This document shows, piece by piece, positions 9,552 to 19,019 of a stretch of 63,698 nucleotides of DNA. Each line of letters begins with the position of its first letter. Position 1 is the first letter of the stretch. The position numbers and the translations under genes are program-made. Where the stretch lies: NCBI GenBank assembly GCA_037444125.1, contig JBBINA010000005.1:1-63698 (forward strand). The letters are read 5' to 3'. The stretch is from a bacterium (GTDB lineage: Bacteria; Patescibacteriota; Minisyncoccia; JBBINA01). The notes beneath the pieces were generated by a model, which was given only the letters and a program-made list of their open reading frames with translations, was not told the DNA's origin and did no database searches.

Positions 9552-9989
9552 TCATTTTAATATTTCATAACTGAGCGTTACAATGACTTTTATTTTGTTG
9601 GACGTTTCAGTTGCCTCTATTATTTCAGAGTAATCAATTATTTTGCCAAGTTTTAAGCCTAACCAGCCGGCGATTTTTCGAGCTTTTTGTTGAGTTTTTT
9701 GGATTGCCATAAGACGGGCTTTATCTTCGATATCGGAAATATTATTTTCTTCTGCATTCATCTCATAAGATATTTCAGCCCAGTCTGTAAAGTTAACTTT
9801 ATGATCTATAGAGCTTTCAGTGTTTAAAGAAGGCTTTATTTTTTTTATTTTATTTAGTCCATCGACAAATTGGTTGAAGGCGGCAAAGATAAAAAAAACC
9901 GCTACTGCCACTAGGATAATTATCAATAATATTGCTAAAATAAGCCGTTTTTTGTAGAGATTTATAAATTCAGTTAATAGTGTAAGCAT
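9552..9989 (-). CDS. Membrane-anchored protein with a partial SIMPL (DUF541)-like domain
   Basis: N-terminal TM helix, then AIQKTQQKARKIAGWLGLKLGKIIDYSE...VIVTLSYEI, which resembles the SIMPL C-terminal half. Confidence 0.6.
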   Translation of the reverse strand: MLTLLTEFINLYKKRLILAILLIIILVAVAVFFIFAAFNQFVDGLNKIKKIKPSLNTESSIDHKVNFTDWAEISYEMNAEENNISDIEDKARLMAIQKTQQKARKIAGWLGLKLGKIIDYSEIIEATETSNKIKVIVTLSYEILK

Positions 9990-10082
9990 TGAAGTAATAT
10001 TTTAATTTTAATTAATTAAAATGCAAGGGTTTATTGGTTATACGACATTGTGTATAAAATGTGGATAAGTTTACATTCCTAG

Positions 10083-10111
10083 TTGCATTTTTTGATGGAA
10101 TGTGATAGAGT
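10083..10111 (+). promoter_or_regulatory. Sigma70-type promoter for the LysM/M23 gene
   Basis: TTGCAT-17 bp-TAGAGT with an extended -10 TG. Confidence 0.5.
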
Positions 10112-10250
10112 AGATTTGTGGCTTTAATAAGCCACAGTTTATTTACTAACCTAGTGGTATTGATTAAAAGCAGATTTAAGCGGAGGTAAATAGATTTTTA
10201 ATTTCTAAGAGAGGCTTATTAGTATCAATGTTAAAACTGATATTTTCCGG

Positions 10251-11240
10251 ATGCTGATAGGGCTTTTTATAGTTACGAGTCTTGTTTTTGTCAAGGCTAA
10301 TTTAATTTTGGCGGCTTTTACCAACAACGAGGTTATGAAAATTAATAAGAAGCTCAGTAGAATTTCCGAATTTATTAAAGGCGGCATCGATAGTGAGAAT
10401 ATTGATTACAATTTGTTATTAAGCTCATCCGGCATAATGAATCCTCTTTTAATCAATGATATTAATCAGTTTGGATTATTGCAGGAGCCAGTTAACAACG
10501 AAATTATTACTTATAAAGTTGTAAAAGGGGATACCATAGAACAAATCGCCAAGAAATTCAATATTAATCAAGACACTATCATTTATGCCAATAATTTAGC
10601 TAATCCAAATACCTTAAGAATTGGTCAGGAACTGCTTATTTTGCCGATTAGCGGCGTTATACATAAGGTCAAAGCAGGCGAGACAGTGTCTCAAATTGCT
10701 TTTTTATATAATGTGACTATTGATAAAATCATTGAATTTAACCTTTTAACAGAAGATGCCTTTATAAGAGCTGGTGATATTCTTGTAATTCCGGGCGCTA
10801 AACCTTTAAGAAGTAAAATAGCAGAATCAGCTACAACGACTAAGTTTGGTATATCATCTCTTTATTCTGATTTGCCTTCTTTTGATAGTTATTATCTATA
10901 TCCAACAGTCAAGAACTCAACTAATTGGGGACGTTTGCATAGAAACAATGCGGTTGATATTGCTACTGGTTGTGGTAATGAAATCTATGCCTCTGCTGCA
11001 GGTACGATTCGTATTGCAGATTCCATCGGTTATAATGGGGGTTATGGCAAGTATGTAGTTATTGATCATGACAATCAAACATCGACGCTTTATGCACATA
11101 TGTCGAAGATTTATGTGGGAAAAGGTCAATATGTTAATCAAGGCGATGTTATTGGTTTAATTGGCTCAACGGGTCGTTCGACTGGTTGCCATATACATTT
11201 TGAGGTTCGGGGCGCTAGAAATCCTTTTGTCAAATACTAA
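10251..11240 (+). CDS. LysM x2 + M23 metallopeptidase (peptidoglycan hydrolase)
   Basis: Two LysM repeats (YKVVKGDTIEQIA, HKVKAGETVSQIA); M23 motifs H..AVD, YAHMS and GRSTGCHIHFEV. Confidence 0.92.
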   Translation: MLIGLFIVTSLVFVKANLILAAFTNNEVMKINKKLSRISEFIKGGIDSENIDYNLLLSSSGIMNPLLINDINQFGLLQEPVNNEIITYKVVKGDTIEQIAKKFNINQDTIIYANNLANPNTLRIGQELLILPISGVIHKVKAGETVSQIAFLYNVTIDKIIEFNLLTEDAFIRAGDILVIPGAKPLRSKIAESATTTKFGISSLYSDLPSFDSYYLYPTVKNSTNWGRLHRNNAVDIATGCGNEIYASAAGTIRIADSIGYNGGYGKYVVIDHDNQTSTLYAHMSKIYVGKGQYVNQGDVIGLIGSTGRSTGCHIHFEVRGARNPFVKY

Positions 11241-12181
11241 TTAAAAAACCTTGTTAAATATGGTTTATAGCCGTTAATAAATGCCGGTGCCAGCATTATT
11301 TTTTTGCCTTCAGGTTTGACTTTAAGTATTTTTAATAAAGTGTTGTTAGCGCAGTTCACTAATATTTCCTTTTTTGAAGTGAGGTAAATTTCGCCTGGAG
11401 ATAGGTTTTTTAATTTCTGTTCGACTACATTTTTAGCTTCAATCACTTGGATTCTAAACAGGCGATTTTTTTTATTTATGAAAGTAAAGACAGTAGGATA
11501 AGGATAGTAGGCTCTAGTCATTCGGTTAATTCTTGCAGCGTCATATTTGTGCCATATGATATGTCCGTCGTTTTTTGTCAGTTTATAGCAGGTGGTTATG
11601 CCGCTTTTAGGTTGGGGTTTTGTTTTGATTTCTTCATTTACCCATTGTGGCAAGATTTCAAGTAGCAACTTTGAACCTAATTGAGCAAGTTTTTCTTGTA
11701 ATGTTATGTAAGTATCTTTAGCTGTAATATAAATTGGTTGGCTCTGAGTTATAATGTCGCCTTCGTCTATTTTTTCATTCATTAATATAATTGTCACGCC
11801 TGTATAAGTGTCACCTTCGATTATAGCCGATTGGATTGGCGTTGCGCCTCGCCACCGTGGTAAAAGTGAAGGATGAATATTTAAAAATCCATATTTAGGA
11901 TAAGTTAAAATTTCTTTTGGGATTATTAAGCCGAAATCAGAAAGAATTGCTGTCTTAATTTTAAACTTATTAAAAGATTTTTTAATATTATTTAAAACAT
12001 TTGGGTTTTTAAGCGCGCTTACCTCTATAAACGGTATCTTATCATTATTAATTTTAAGGCGTTTTAGGTTAGAGGTGATTATTAATGCAGGTTTAATCGG
12101 CGATTGCAAGAGATTATTTATGATAATTCCGCCGAATTCTCCTGTAGTAAAAAAAGCATATGGCGGGAGGCCTTTTTTCAT
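11237..12181 (-). CDS. fmt: Methionyl-tRNA formyltransferase
   Basis: LNIHPSLLPRWRGATPIQ, TGVTIILM..D.GDII and RAYYPYP motifs. Confidence 0.93.
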   Translation of the reverse strand: MKKGLPPYAFFTTGEFGGIIINNLLQSPIKPALIITSNLKRLKINNDKIPFIEVSALKNPNVLNNIKKSFNKFKIKTAILSDFGLIIPKEILTYPKYGFLNIHPSLLPRWRGATPIQSAIIEGDTYTGVTIILMNEKIDEGDIITQSQPIYITAKDTYITLQEKLAQLGSKLLLEILPQWVNEEIKTKPQPKSGITTCYKLTKNDGHIIWHKYDAARINRMTRAYYPYPTVFTFINKKNRLFRIQVIEAKNVVEQKLKNLSPGEIYLTSKKEILVNCANNTLLKILKVKPEGKKIMLAPAFINGYKPYLTRFFN

Positions 12182-13158
12182 ATAAGCCCCATTATTTGTT
12201 TAATTTGTCCAATTTTATGTTTAGCTATGATTTTAGCTTTTCGATTATTATTCTCTATTATTTTTTTTATGGTTTGCTCTTTTTTTGAAAGTTCAAAAAA
12301 TTTTGACCGTATGGGTTTTAAATAACTAGCTAAACTTTTTGCTGTTTCTTTTTTAAATTGACTATAATTTTTTAGTTTTCTGAACTTTTTTGCCGTTTCA
12401 GTTAAAGAAATATCAGTTATAGCGCTATAAATAACCATTAAATTTGAAATACCCGGTTTAGTTAGCGGATTATACTCAATTTTATTTTCAGAATCAGTTA
12501 CTGCAGACATTATTTTGTTTGTTATGGTTGGTTCATCATCATCTAAGAAAACGCAACCTTCTGGTTCTGATTTTGACATCTTTTTAGTTGGGTCGTGTAG
12601 ATTCATTATTTTAGCTTCAGTTTTGGGAATTAGCGGTTTTGGGATTTTAAGAAGGTCAGTTTTGAATCTTGAGTTGAATCGTTTGGCTATAGAGCGCGCT
12701 AATTCTATATGTTGGGCTTGGTCTTTTCCAACAGGTACACAGTCCGTGTCATAAAGTAGTATATCAGCTGCCTGCAGTATTGGATAGTTGAGAAGACCGG
12801 CGTTGGCATTTTTTTTAAATTTTTTTACTTTGTCTTTATACTGGTGCATTCTCTGGAGGTCCCCAATTGCCGTACAAGTGCTTAAAAGCCAAGTCAGTTC
12901 AGTATGTTCGACGACCGCTGATTGCACAAAAAGTATTGCTTTTTGGGGATCTATACCCGAGGCTATTAGATAGATAATAGATTTAAAAATTTTTTGCTGC
13001 ATTTTCTGTGGTTCATAGGGAATGGTAATGGCATGAAGATCGACAATGCAAAATAAACACTGATTGCCATCTTGCAATTTAACCCATTGTTTTATAGCGC
13101 CCAAGTAATTACCTATATGAAATTTTCCTGTTGGCTGGATTCCTGAAAAAATTGTCAT
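12178..13158 (-). CDS. trpS: Tryptophanyl-tRNA synthetase
   Basis: SGIQPTG, HIGN (HIGH motif), YPILQAADIL, VPVGKDQ and KMSKS. Confidence 0.96.
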   Translation of the reverse strand: MTIFSGIQPTGKFHIGNYLGAIKQWVKLQDGNQCLFCIVDLHAITIPYEPQKMQQKIFKSIIYLIASGIDPQKAILFVQSAVVEHTELTWLLSTCTAIGDLQRMHQYKDKVKKFKKNANAGLLNYPILQAADILLYDTDCVPVGKDQAQHIELARSIAKRFNSRFKTDLLKIPKPLIPKTEAKIMNLHDPTKKMSKSEPEGCVFLDDDEPTITNKIMSAVTDSENKIEYNPLTKPGISNLMVIYSAITDISLTETAKKFRKLKNYSQFKKETAKSLASYLKPIRSKFFELSKKEQTIKKIIENNNRKAKIIAKHKIGQIKQIMGLI

Positions 13159-13170
13159 ACTTTATAGATA

Positions 13171-13533
13171 TTACGAAGCAGTTTTTTTAATATTTGTTTC
13201 AGCTATTATTTGGCTAAAGATTTCAGGTTTGTTTTCAGCCAGATAAGCCAAAATTTTGCGATCAAGCTGAATATTTTCTTTTTTTAAGGCATGTATCAAT
13301 TTTGAATAAGTAGTACCATTAATGCGAGAGGCGGCGTTGATTTTGACCTGCCACAAAGCGCGAATATCTCGTTTTTTCGTGCGTCTGTCGCGGTAGGAAT
13401 AACGCATAGCTCGTTGCAACCTTTCTTTAGCCCTTTTATAAACATTTTTGCCAAAAGAATAAAAACCTTTTGTTTGTTTAAAAAGTTTACGTCTTGTTTT
13501 TTTTGTCATTACGCCGCCCTTAACACGGACCAT
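13171..13533 (-). CDS. rplT: 50S ribosomal protein L20
   Basis: MVRVKGG, YSYRDRRTKKRDIRALWQVKINAA and LDRKILAYLA. Confidence 0.97.
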   Translation of the reverse strand: MVRVKGGVMTKKTRRKLFKQTKGFYSFGKNVYKRAKERLQRAMRYSYRDRRTKKRDIRALWQVKINAASRINGTTYSKLIHALKKENIQLDRKILAYLAENKPEIFSQIIAETNIKKTAS

Positions 13534-13549
13534 TAAAATGATTTAAGGA

Positions 13550-13738
13550 TTAAAAGTAATTAATTGCCATATAATGTTTGATACTTTTGGCTATACTGCT
13601 AGATAGGTTTGCGATTTTTCTTTTATTGCGAATAATTTTGCCGCTTTTTTTAGCTCTAAAATGATTTTGTCCAGCAATACGTTTTAAAAATTTATTTTTT
13701 CGAGTTATTTTGAGACGTTTCAATATGGATTTGCGCAT
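13550..13738 (-). CDS. rpmI: 50S ribosomal protein L35
   Basis: KSILKRLKIT...AGQNHFRAKK; lies between infC and rplT. Alternative TTG start at 13765. Confidence 0.9.
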   Translation of the reverse strand: MRKSILKRLKITRKNKFLKRIAGQNHFRAKKSGKIIRNKRKIANLSSSIAKSIKHYMAINYF

Positions 13739-13751
13739 GTTGGTTGAAAAA

Positions 13752-14243
13752 TTATTTTTTGACAATAATTAATGTTATGCCGTGAGGCATCGTCTTAAAA
13801 GGCGATTCAATTTTATAGTCAACTTCAATTAGTTTAAGTATTTCTTCAATTTTTTGCTTGGCTAATTCTTTTAAGCCTTTTTGGCGGCCTTTTAAGATTA
13901 ATTCAATTTTAACCGGATTGTTTTTATTTAAAAATTCTGTAGCCTTTTTTGCCTTAATAGATAAATCGTGTGAACTTGTAGTAAAGCCTATTTTAATGGT
14001 TTTGAGTTTCGACTTTTTCGTTTTTTTTATTTTCTTTTGTTGCTGATAGAGAAATTTGCCAAAATTAATTATTTTACAGATTGGAGGATTTGAGTTAGGA
14101 TTAATTTCGACTAAATCGAGATTTTTATAATTGGCAATTTCTTGAGCTTTTGCTATGGGCATCACTCCTAGATTTTCTCCATTTTCATCAATTATGCGTG
14201 CGCTTTGGATTTTAATCGAGTTATTAATTCGGTAATATTTCAT
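13752..14243 (-). CDS. infC: Translation initiation factor IF-3
   Basis: RINNSI, LDLVEINPNSNPPICKIINFGKFLYQQQKK and KGRQ motifs; infC-rpmI-rplT order. Confidence 0.95.
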   Translation of the reverse strand: MKYYRINNSIKIQSARIIDENGENLGVMPIAKAQEIANYKNLDLVEINPNSNPPICKIINFGKFLYQQQKKIKKTKKSKLKTIKIGFTTSSHDLSIKAKKATEFLNKNNPVKIELILKGRQKGLKELAKQKIEEILKLIEVDYKIESPFKTMPHGITLIIVKK

Positions 14244-15048
14244 TATTTAGCAGTTTATAGAGGTTTAGCCAGTCTTCTTTTTCTAAATTTTCAGCTCTAA
14301 CTGATAATTTGAGCTGTAAAAGTTTAAGACTATTCTCTATCGTTATTTTATGATAATATTTAGAAAGGTTATTATAAAGAGTTTTTCTTTTTGAGGAGAA
14401 ACTTTGTTTAATCAAACGCATTATAGATTCAAAATTTGCAATTTGTTCTATGTTTTTAATTTTTATTAAGGTTGAATTGACTTTTGGTATTGGTCGAAAG
14501 TTCCCTTTTTTTATTGAAAGAAGTTTTTCAACTTGCGAGCGTAAGTTTACCGCTAAGCCAAAAACGTTCTTTTTTTCTGGGTCTATAATTTTATCCGCAA
14601 CTTCTTTCTGGATTAAAAAAATAATTTCTCTAGGTGGTTGTTTTAAGCTAAGCGTTTTATTGATAAGAGGTTTTGTTAGATAGTATGGAATATTGCCAAC
14701 TATCTTATACTGGTCGTTTTTAAAGGCGATATGGTCTAAAAACTTTAGAATATCTTCGTTTATAGGTTTAAAATTTAAAAAACGGCTAAACTTCTTTTTC
14801 AAATAATTACATAAAATATCATCTTTTTCAACTCCTATAACTTTAATATCTAATTTATTCTGTCTTATTCTGAATAAAAGTTCTTCTGTTAGAGCTCCAA
14901 AACCGGGACCGACCTCAATAATTTGATTTATGCCATTAATGTTATCTAGAACTTTTTTTGCAATTTCTTTAATGTGCTTTTTAGAAACTAAAAAATTTTG
15001 CCCCAAATATTTTTTTGCTTTAAATTTATTTTCATTTAGATTCTGCAT
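14224..15048 (-). CDS. rsmA: 16S rRNA adenine dimethyltransferase
   Basis: KKYLGQNFL, EVGPGFGALT, VGNIPYYLT, IQKEVA and F.PIPKVNS motifs. Confidence 0.94.
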   Translation of the reverse strand: MQNLNENKFKAKKYLGQNFLVSKKHIKEIAKKVLDNINGINQIIEVGPGFGALTEELLFRIRQNKLDIKVIGVEKDDILCNYLKKKFSRFLNFKPINEDILKFLDHIAFKNDQYKIVGNIPYYLTKPLINKTLSLKQPPREIIFLIQKEVADKIIDPEKKNVFGLAVNLRSQVEKLLSIKKGNFRPIPKVNSTLIKIKNIEQIANFESIMRLIKQSFSSKRKTLYNNLSKYYHKITIENSLKLLQLKLSVRAENLEKEDWLNLYKLLNNEILPN

Positions 15049-15086
15049 CGCATTACTAACATAGGAATAGAGAGGGGCAATTATTG

Positions 15087-15157
15087 TGGCGGGGGGCGGA
15101 TTTGAACCGCCGTCTGGGGCTTATGAGACCCCCGAGATACCACTTCTCTACCCCGCG
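15087..15157 (-). tRNA. tRNA-Met(CAT), initiator-like (C1.C72 mismatch, A11-U24), CCA not encoded
   Basis: CGCGGGG-TA-GAGA-AGTGGTA-TCTC-G-GGGGT-CTCATAA-GCCCC-AGAC-GGCGG-TTCAAAT-CCGCC-CCCCGCC-A. Confidence 0.9.
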
Positions 15158-15202
15158 TCTATTTAATCTTTAATTATAAACTAATAATATAAATTTTGCA
15201 AT

Positions 15203-15889
15203 TCATTTTTTGAGTTTTTGTTTCCATTCATTTATTTTTTGATGATTGCCTGATTTAAGAATTTTGGGTATCGCCCATTCAATATTTTTGGCCGGTTTAA
15301 ATATGGCTGGGCGGGTATATTGTGGGTATTCAACTAAATTTTTACAATTATAGCTTTCCTCTTGAAGTGATTTTATGTTTCCAAGTACCCCAGGAATTAA
15401 TCGCGAAATTGTTTCAATGATTGCTAGGGCGGCTATTTCGCCGCCAGATAAAATAAATTTGCCAATAGAAATTTCTTCATGGATAAGATATTTTTTTACT
15501 CTTTCGTCAGTACCTTCATAACGTCCGCATATAATAGCTATTTCTTTGAAATTTCCTAGAGAAACTGCCATTTTTTGGTTAAATAGTTTTCCTTTTGCCG
15601 AAGTCAGTATAATTAATTTTCCGTCATCTCTTAGTTTATCTAACCTTTTGTAAAAACATTTTTTGAATATGTGCTCAAGACAGTTAAAGATAGGTTCTAT
15701 CTTCATTAGCATTCCTGGCCCTCCTCCGTATGGTTTGTCATCAACTGAATGGTGCTTGTCCTTTGTGAAATCGCGAATATTCCAGATTTTAATTTTTATT
15801 ATTCGTCTTTTTAGAGCTTTCTTTAAAAGTGAATCCTTGAAATAGAATTCAACAAGATTAGGGAAAATTGTCAATATATGAAATATCAT
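15203..15889 (-). CDS. trmD: tRNA (guanine-37-N1)-methyltransferase
   Basis: LTIFP, VDDKPYGGGPGMLM, CGRYEG.DERV, SIGKFILSGGE and EYPQYTRP. Confidence 0.96.
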   Translation of the reverse strand: MIFHILTIFPNLVEFYFKDSLLKKALKRRIIKIKIWNIRDFTKDKHHSVDDKPYGGGPGMLMKIEPIFNCLEHIFKKCFYKRLDKLRDDGKLIILTSAKGKLFNQKMAVSLGNFKEIAIICGRYEGTDERVKKYLIHEEISIGKFILSGGEIAALAIIETISRLIPGVLGNIKSLQEESYNCKNLVEYPQYTRPAIFKPAKNIEWAIPKILKSGNHQKINEWKQKLKK

Positions 15890-15917
15890 AATAAAAAATT
15901 GGGACTTCTTTTATTAT

Positions 15918-15954
15918 AAAACAGCCCGTGTCTTTGCGCAACACGAGCTGTTTT
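15918..15954 (-). terminator. Hairpin / intrinsic terminator after khpA
   Basis: AAAACAGCCCGTGT...ACACGAGCTGTTTT inverted repeat with A/T tracts on both sides. Confidence 0.55.
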
Positions 15955-15977
15955 GTTTCAAGGTTTATTTTCTGGTT

Positions 15978-16286
15978 TTAGAGGTCGATATCAACATCGC
16001 CTGTTTTACCTTTTTTTTCATTTTTCTTTTCGTTCTCAGGGCTTACGAGTCGTAGGTTAACTCTGGCATTGTTTTTGGCGCCGACGGTGCGAGCCAAAAC
16101 TCGGATTGCCTGAATGGTTTTACCTTGTTTGCCAATGACGATGCCAAGATCTTCTTGATTAACCTGGAGAGTTAGCAATACTCCCATCTCGTCAACCTTG
16201 CGGTCAACTTTGACATCGTCTGGTTTATTAACAAGGTGTTTAACCACGTACTCAACAAACTCCTGATCGATATTTGCTTTTGCCAT
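15978..16286 (-). CDS. khpA: KH-domain RNA-binding protein (KhpA/YlqC family)
   Basis: DLGIVIGKQGKTIQAIR (GxxG KH motif), next to trmD. ATG at 16286 preferred over 16298. Confidence 0.88.
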   Translation of the reverse strand: MAKANIDQEFVEYVVKHLVNKPDDVKVDRKVDEMGVLLTLQVNQEDLGIVIGKQGKTIQAIRVLARTVGAKNNARVNLRLVSPENEKKNEKKGKTGDVDIDL

Positions 16287-16394
16287 TGAAGTATACAATA
16301 TTACAACTTAGACAGTTTACAACTAAAATCATCAATTTTGAGTTCGACCTTGACTCAAAATTAATGCTGAGACTGTTAGAAACAAACTAATTTT

Positions 16395-16422
16395 ATTATA
16401 TCAAAATATTCTAAAAAGTCAA
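16395..16422 (-). promoter_or_regulatory. Sigma70-type promoter for khpA
   Basis: TTGACT-16 bp-TATAAT with an extended -10 TG on the minus strand. Confidence 0.6.
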
Positions 16423-16496
16423 GAGGTATTGTAATTTAATGAACTGGATTTAATTATAATACAGAAAATTATAAAATCAAGGGCTTTTAACTATAA

Positions 16497-17369
16497 TCAG
16501 ATTGATTTTGTTTTTATTTTTTCATTGTTAATTGTTTCAAGATTATATTTTTTTTGGCATTGCGGGCAATAATAAGTAGAACGTCCACTAATTTTTATAA
16601 CTTTTATTTTTGTATTACAGCGAAAGCATGGTAAGTCATAACGCGCATAAACTTTTCTAATTCTTTGGTAATTACCTGATTGACCATCTGGTTGTCGATA
16701 GGTTTGGATGGTTGAACCTTTGTTTTTAAGCGCTGTTGTTAAAACCATTTTAATAGCGTTAAGAAGATTACTTATTTGAGTCAAACTCAAATTTTCAAGG
16801 CTTTGCAACGGATGTATTTTTGTGTGCCATAGGATTTCATCAGCGTAGATATTGCCAATTCCGGAAACAATTTTTGATTGGTTGAGTAGAGATTGTTTTA
16901 TTTTACCTCGTTTTGATTTTATGCGACTTAAAAATTTATCAAATTTTATTTTGAGAGCGTCAGGCGCAAGAGTAAGAAAAGGCAAAGATTTTAGTAATTC
17001 TTTCTTTGGTCCAGCGTATAATCTGCCGAATTTACGTATGTCTGAGAAAACTAGTTGATGTTTATTATTTAAATAAAAGATTATATGTGAATGAGGTTGT
17101 TTAGTTTTTGAATTTGTATATAGTAAATTGCCAGTCATTTTTAGATGCACCGCTAAAAGATATTTGTGATTTAATTCCATCAATATATATTTGCCCAAGC
17201 GGTTAATGTGAGTTATTTTCTTGCCTCTTACTATTTCTTTAAATTGCTTAATATTGTCCGGTTCTTTAATAATTTTTGGATATCCTATCCAAACTTTGTT
17301 TATTTTTTTATTTAGCAAATATTTTTTGAGGTATTTTTTCGTTGTTTCCACCTCTGGCAGTTCAGGCAT
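16497..17369 (-). CDS. mutM: Formamidopyrimidine-DNA glycosylase
   Basis: N-terminal PELPEVE, HLKMTG, GIGNIYADE and a C-terminal CxxC...CPQCQ zinc finger. Confidence 0.96.
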   Translation of the reverse strand: MPELPEVETTKKYLKKYLLNKKINKVWIGYPKIIKEPDNIKQFKEIVRGKKITHINRLGKYILMELNHKYLLAVHLKMTGNLLYTNSKTKQPHSHIIFYLNNKHQLVFSDIRKFGRLYAGPKKELLKSLPFLTLAPDALKIKFDKFLSRIKSKRGKIKQSLLNQSKIVSGIGNIYADEILWHTKIHPLQSLENLSLTQISNLLNAIKMVLTTALKNKGSTIQTYRQPDGQSGNYQRIRKVYARYDLPCFRCNTKIKVIKISGRSTYYCPQCQKKYNLETINNEKIKTKSI

Positions 17370-17370
17370 A

Positions 17371-17398
17371 TTGACATAATATAATTAATATATATAAT
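17371..17398 (+). promoter_or_regulatory. Sigma70-type promoter for the DUF2156/histidine-kinase module
   Basis: TTGACA-16 bp-TATAAT, starting immediately upstream of the divergent mutM start codon. Confidence 0.55.
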
Positions 17399-17453
17399 AA
17401 AACTTATTTTGGCAGTTCTTTATAAACATTTATCGTAACAGAAAGGAGTCAAA

Positions 17454-18032
17454 ATGCAACTTCTTAAGGAGGTTGCTGGATTGATTGGCGGCATATTCGT
17501 ATTTTTTGCCTTTATTCCTTATATCGTTTCAATTATTAGAGGTGAAACGAAACCCAACCGGGTTTCGTGGATCTTGTGGGCGATAATTGGGTTTTTAGAT
17601 GTTATAGCATATTTTTCACTTGGTGCAGTCTATACAATGTGGATTCCAGTTCTCTATTTTCTATTTCCTTTAGTAGTGGCAATTCTTTCGTTTAAGTATA
17701 ATGGTAAAGCTGGTGCGACGCCTGCGGATGGCTGGTGTATGTTTGGCGCTAGTGTTGGATTAATATTATGGTGGTATTTTCAATCGGCTTTAGTTGGTTT
17801 AATCTCGTTTATGGTTGTTGATTTGTTTGCGATGTTGCCCACAGTAATCAAGAGCTATTTGCGGCCGTGGGAAGAAAGTAAGCTTGCTTGGACCCTTGCT
17901 TCAGTTGGTAACTTAATTAACTTATTTCCTGTTACAGAATGGAACTTAGATATCGTCTTGTTGCCTCTGTATTATGTCTTTCAGACAGTTACGATTTCTT
18001 TTCTATTATGGTTTTCGCCTAAGTCCCGCTAG
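17454..18032 (+). CDS. Multi-pass membrane protein (about 6-7 TM), unknown function
   Basis: Hydrophobic throughout; PYIVSIIRGETKPNRVSW and LPTVIKSY..P motifs are PQ-loop-like; GGAG RBS. Confidence 0.75.
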   Translation: MQLLKEVAGLIGGIFVFFAFIPYIVSIIRGETKPNRVSWILWAIIGFLDVIAYFSLGAVYTMWIPVLYFLFPLVVAILSFKYNGKAGATPADGWCMFGASVGLILWWYFQSALVGLISFMVVDLFAMLPTVIKSYLRPWEESKLAWTLASVGNLINLFPVTEWNLDIVLLPLYYVFQTVTISFLLWFSPKSR

Positions 18033-18068
18033 CACTGGTTTTTGAGAAGCTAGCGGGATTTTTGTTAA

Positions 18069-19019
18069 TTGTTTATAATTAAAATTATGATCCCTCAATT
18101 TCCTAAGTTTAAAAAACTTGAATTAGAAGATAAATCCGAAATAGAACAATTTACAAGCCAATTTCAACCATATTCTGATTTTAATTTCATAAATTTGTGG
18201 TGTTGGGATGTTGATAATAAAACAGAGATATCAAAGACTGCTAGTGCGCTTATAGTTAAGTTCATTGATTATGTAACAGGTGATTTAACTTATTCTTTTT
18301 TAAGTAGTTCGAATTGCGATGAACTTGCTAAGGATTTACTTGAATCGCTGAGTAAGCAAAATTTGAAACCCGAGCTAAAGTTGATACCTCAAATATCAGC
18401 AAAACATCTTAATAGTTCGACTTTCGAGGTTGTTGAGGACCTAGATAATTTTGATTACATATATGATTTAGAAAAGCTGGTTAGTTATAAGGGTAAATTT
18501 TTTGAGACTAAAAGAAATCTTTTAAATAGATTCGTGAGTAAGTATAAAAAAAATAATATTCAAACCCAAGTTCTTGATTTGAATAATTCTGATATTCGAA
18601 AACAAATTATATTTTTGAGTAATGTTTGGGAAAAGAATAAAAATGTCGTACTTAAAAATGAAACCACGGCCATGCACGAACTTTTTGAGATTCATGATCA
18701 GTGTAAACTAATTGTTGTAGGAATATTTATTGATGCTGATCTTGTTGCCTTCTGTTTTAATGAGCTTCTTAAACATAATTATGCGATTTCGCATTTTACT
18801 AAAGCAAATATCAAATATTCTAGTGGAATATATGCCTATTTAATGCAAGAAAATGCCAGGATATTAATTATGCACGATAAAACCTTGCTTAATTATCAAC
18901 AGGATTTAGGTATTTCGAGTCTTCGTTATGCCAAAAAATCCTTTAGACCAGCATTTTTTCTAAAAAAATATCGAGTATGCCTAAAAAATAGATTGCAATT
19001 TAAAAATGTTTGGCTATAA
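18069..19019 (+). CDS. DUF2156-family protein (aminoacyl-tRNA-dependent transferase-like fold)
   Basis: YSDFNFINLWCW, NFDYIYDLEKL, KRNLLNRF, HFTKAN and NYQQDLGISSLRYAKKSFRP. Confidence 0.8.
   Translation: MFIIKIMIPQFPKFKKLELEDKSEIEQFTSQFQPYSDFNFINLWCWDVDNKTEISKTASALIVKFIDYVTGDLTYSFLSSSNCDELAKDLLESLSKQNLKPELKLIPQISAKHLNSSTFEVVEDLDNFDYIYDLEKLVSYKGKFFETKRNLLNRFVSKYKKNNIQTQVLDLNNSDIRKQIIFLSNVWEKNKNVVLKNETTAMHELFEIHDQCKLIVVGIFIDADLVAFCFNELLKHNYAISHFTKANIKYSSGIYAYLMQENARILIMHDKTLLNYQQDLGISSLRYAKKSFRPAFFLKKYRVCLKNRLQFKNVWL

Noticed and set aside
12151-12180. A/T-flanked hairpin at the fmt start
   Set aside because: The stem is mostly A/T tracts inside coding sequence (MKKGLPPYAFF) in a coupled operon, so it is not convincing as a terminator.
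14224-14250. AUU-start autoregulation or an L20 leader for infC
   Set aside because: infC has an ATG and overlaps rsmA, leaving no room for a leader.
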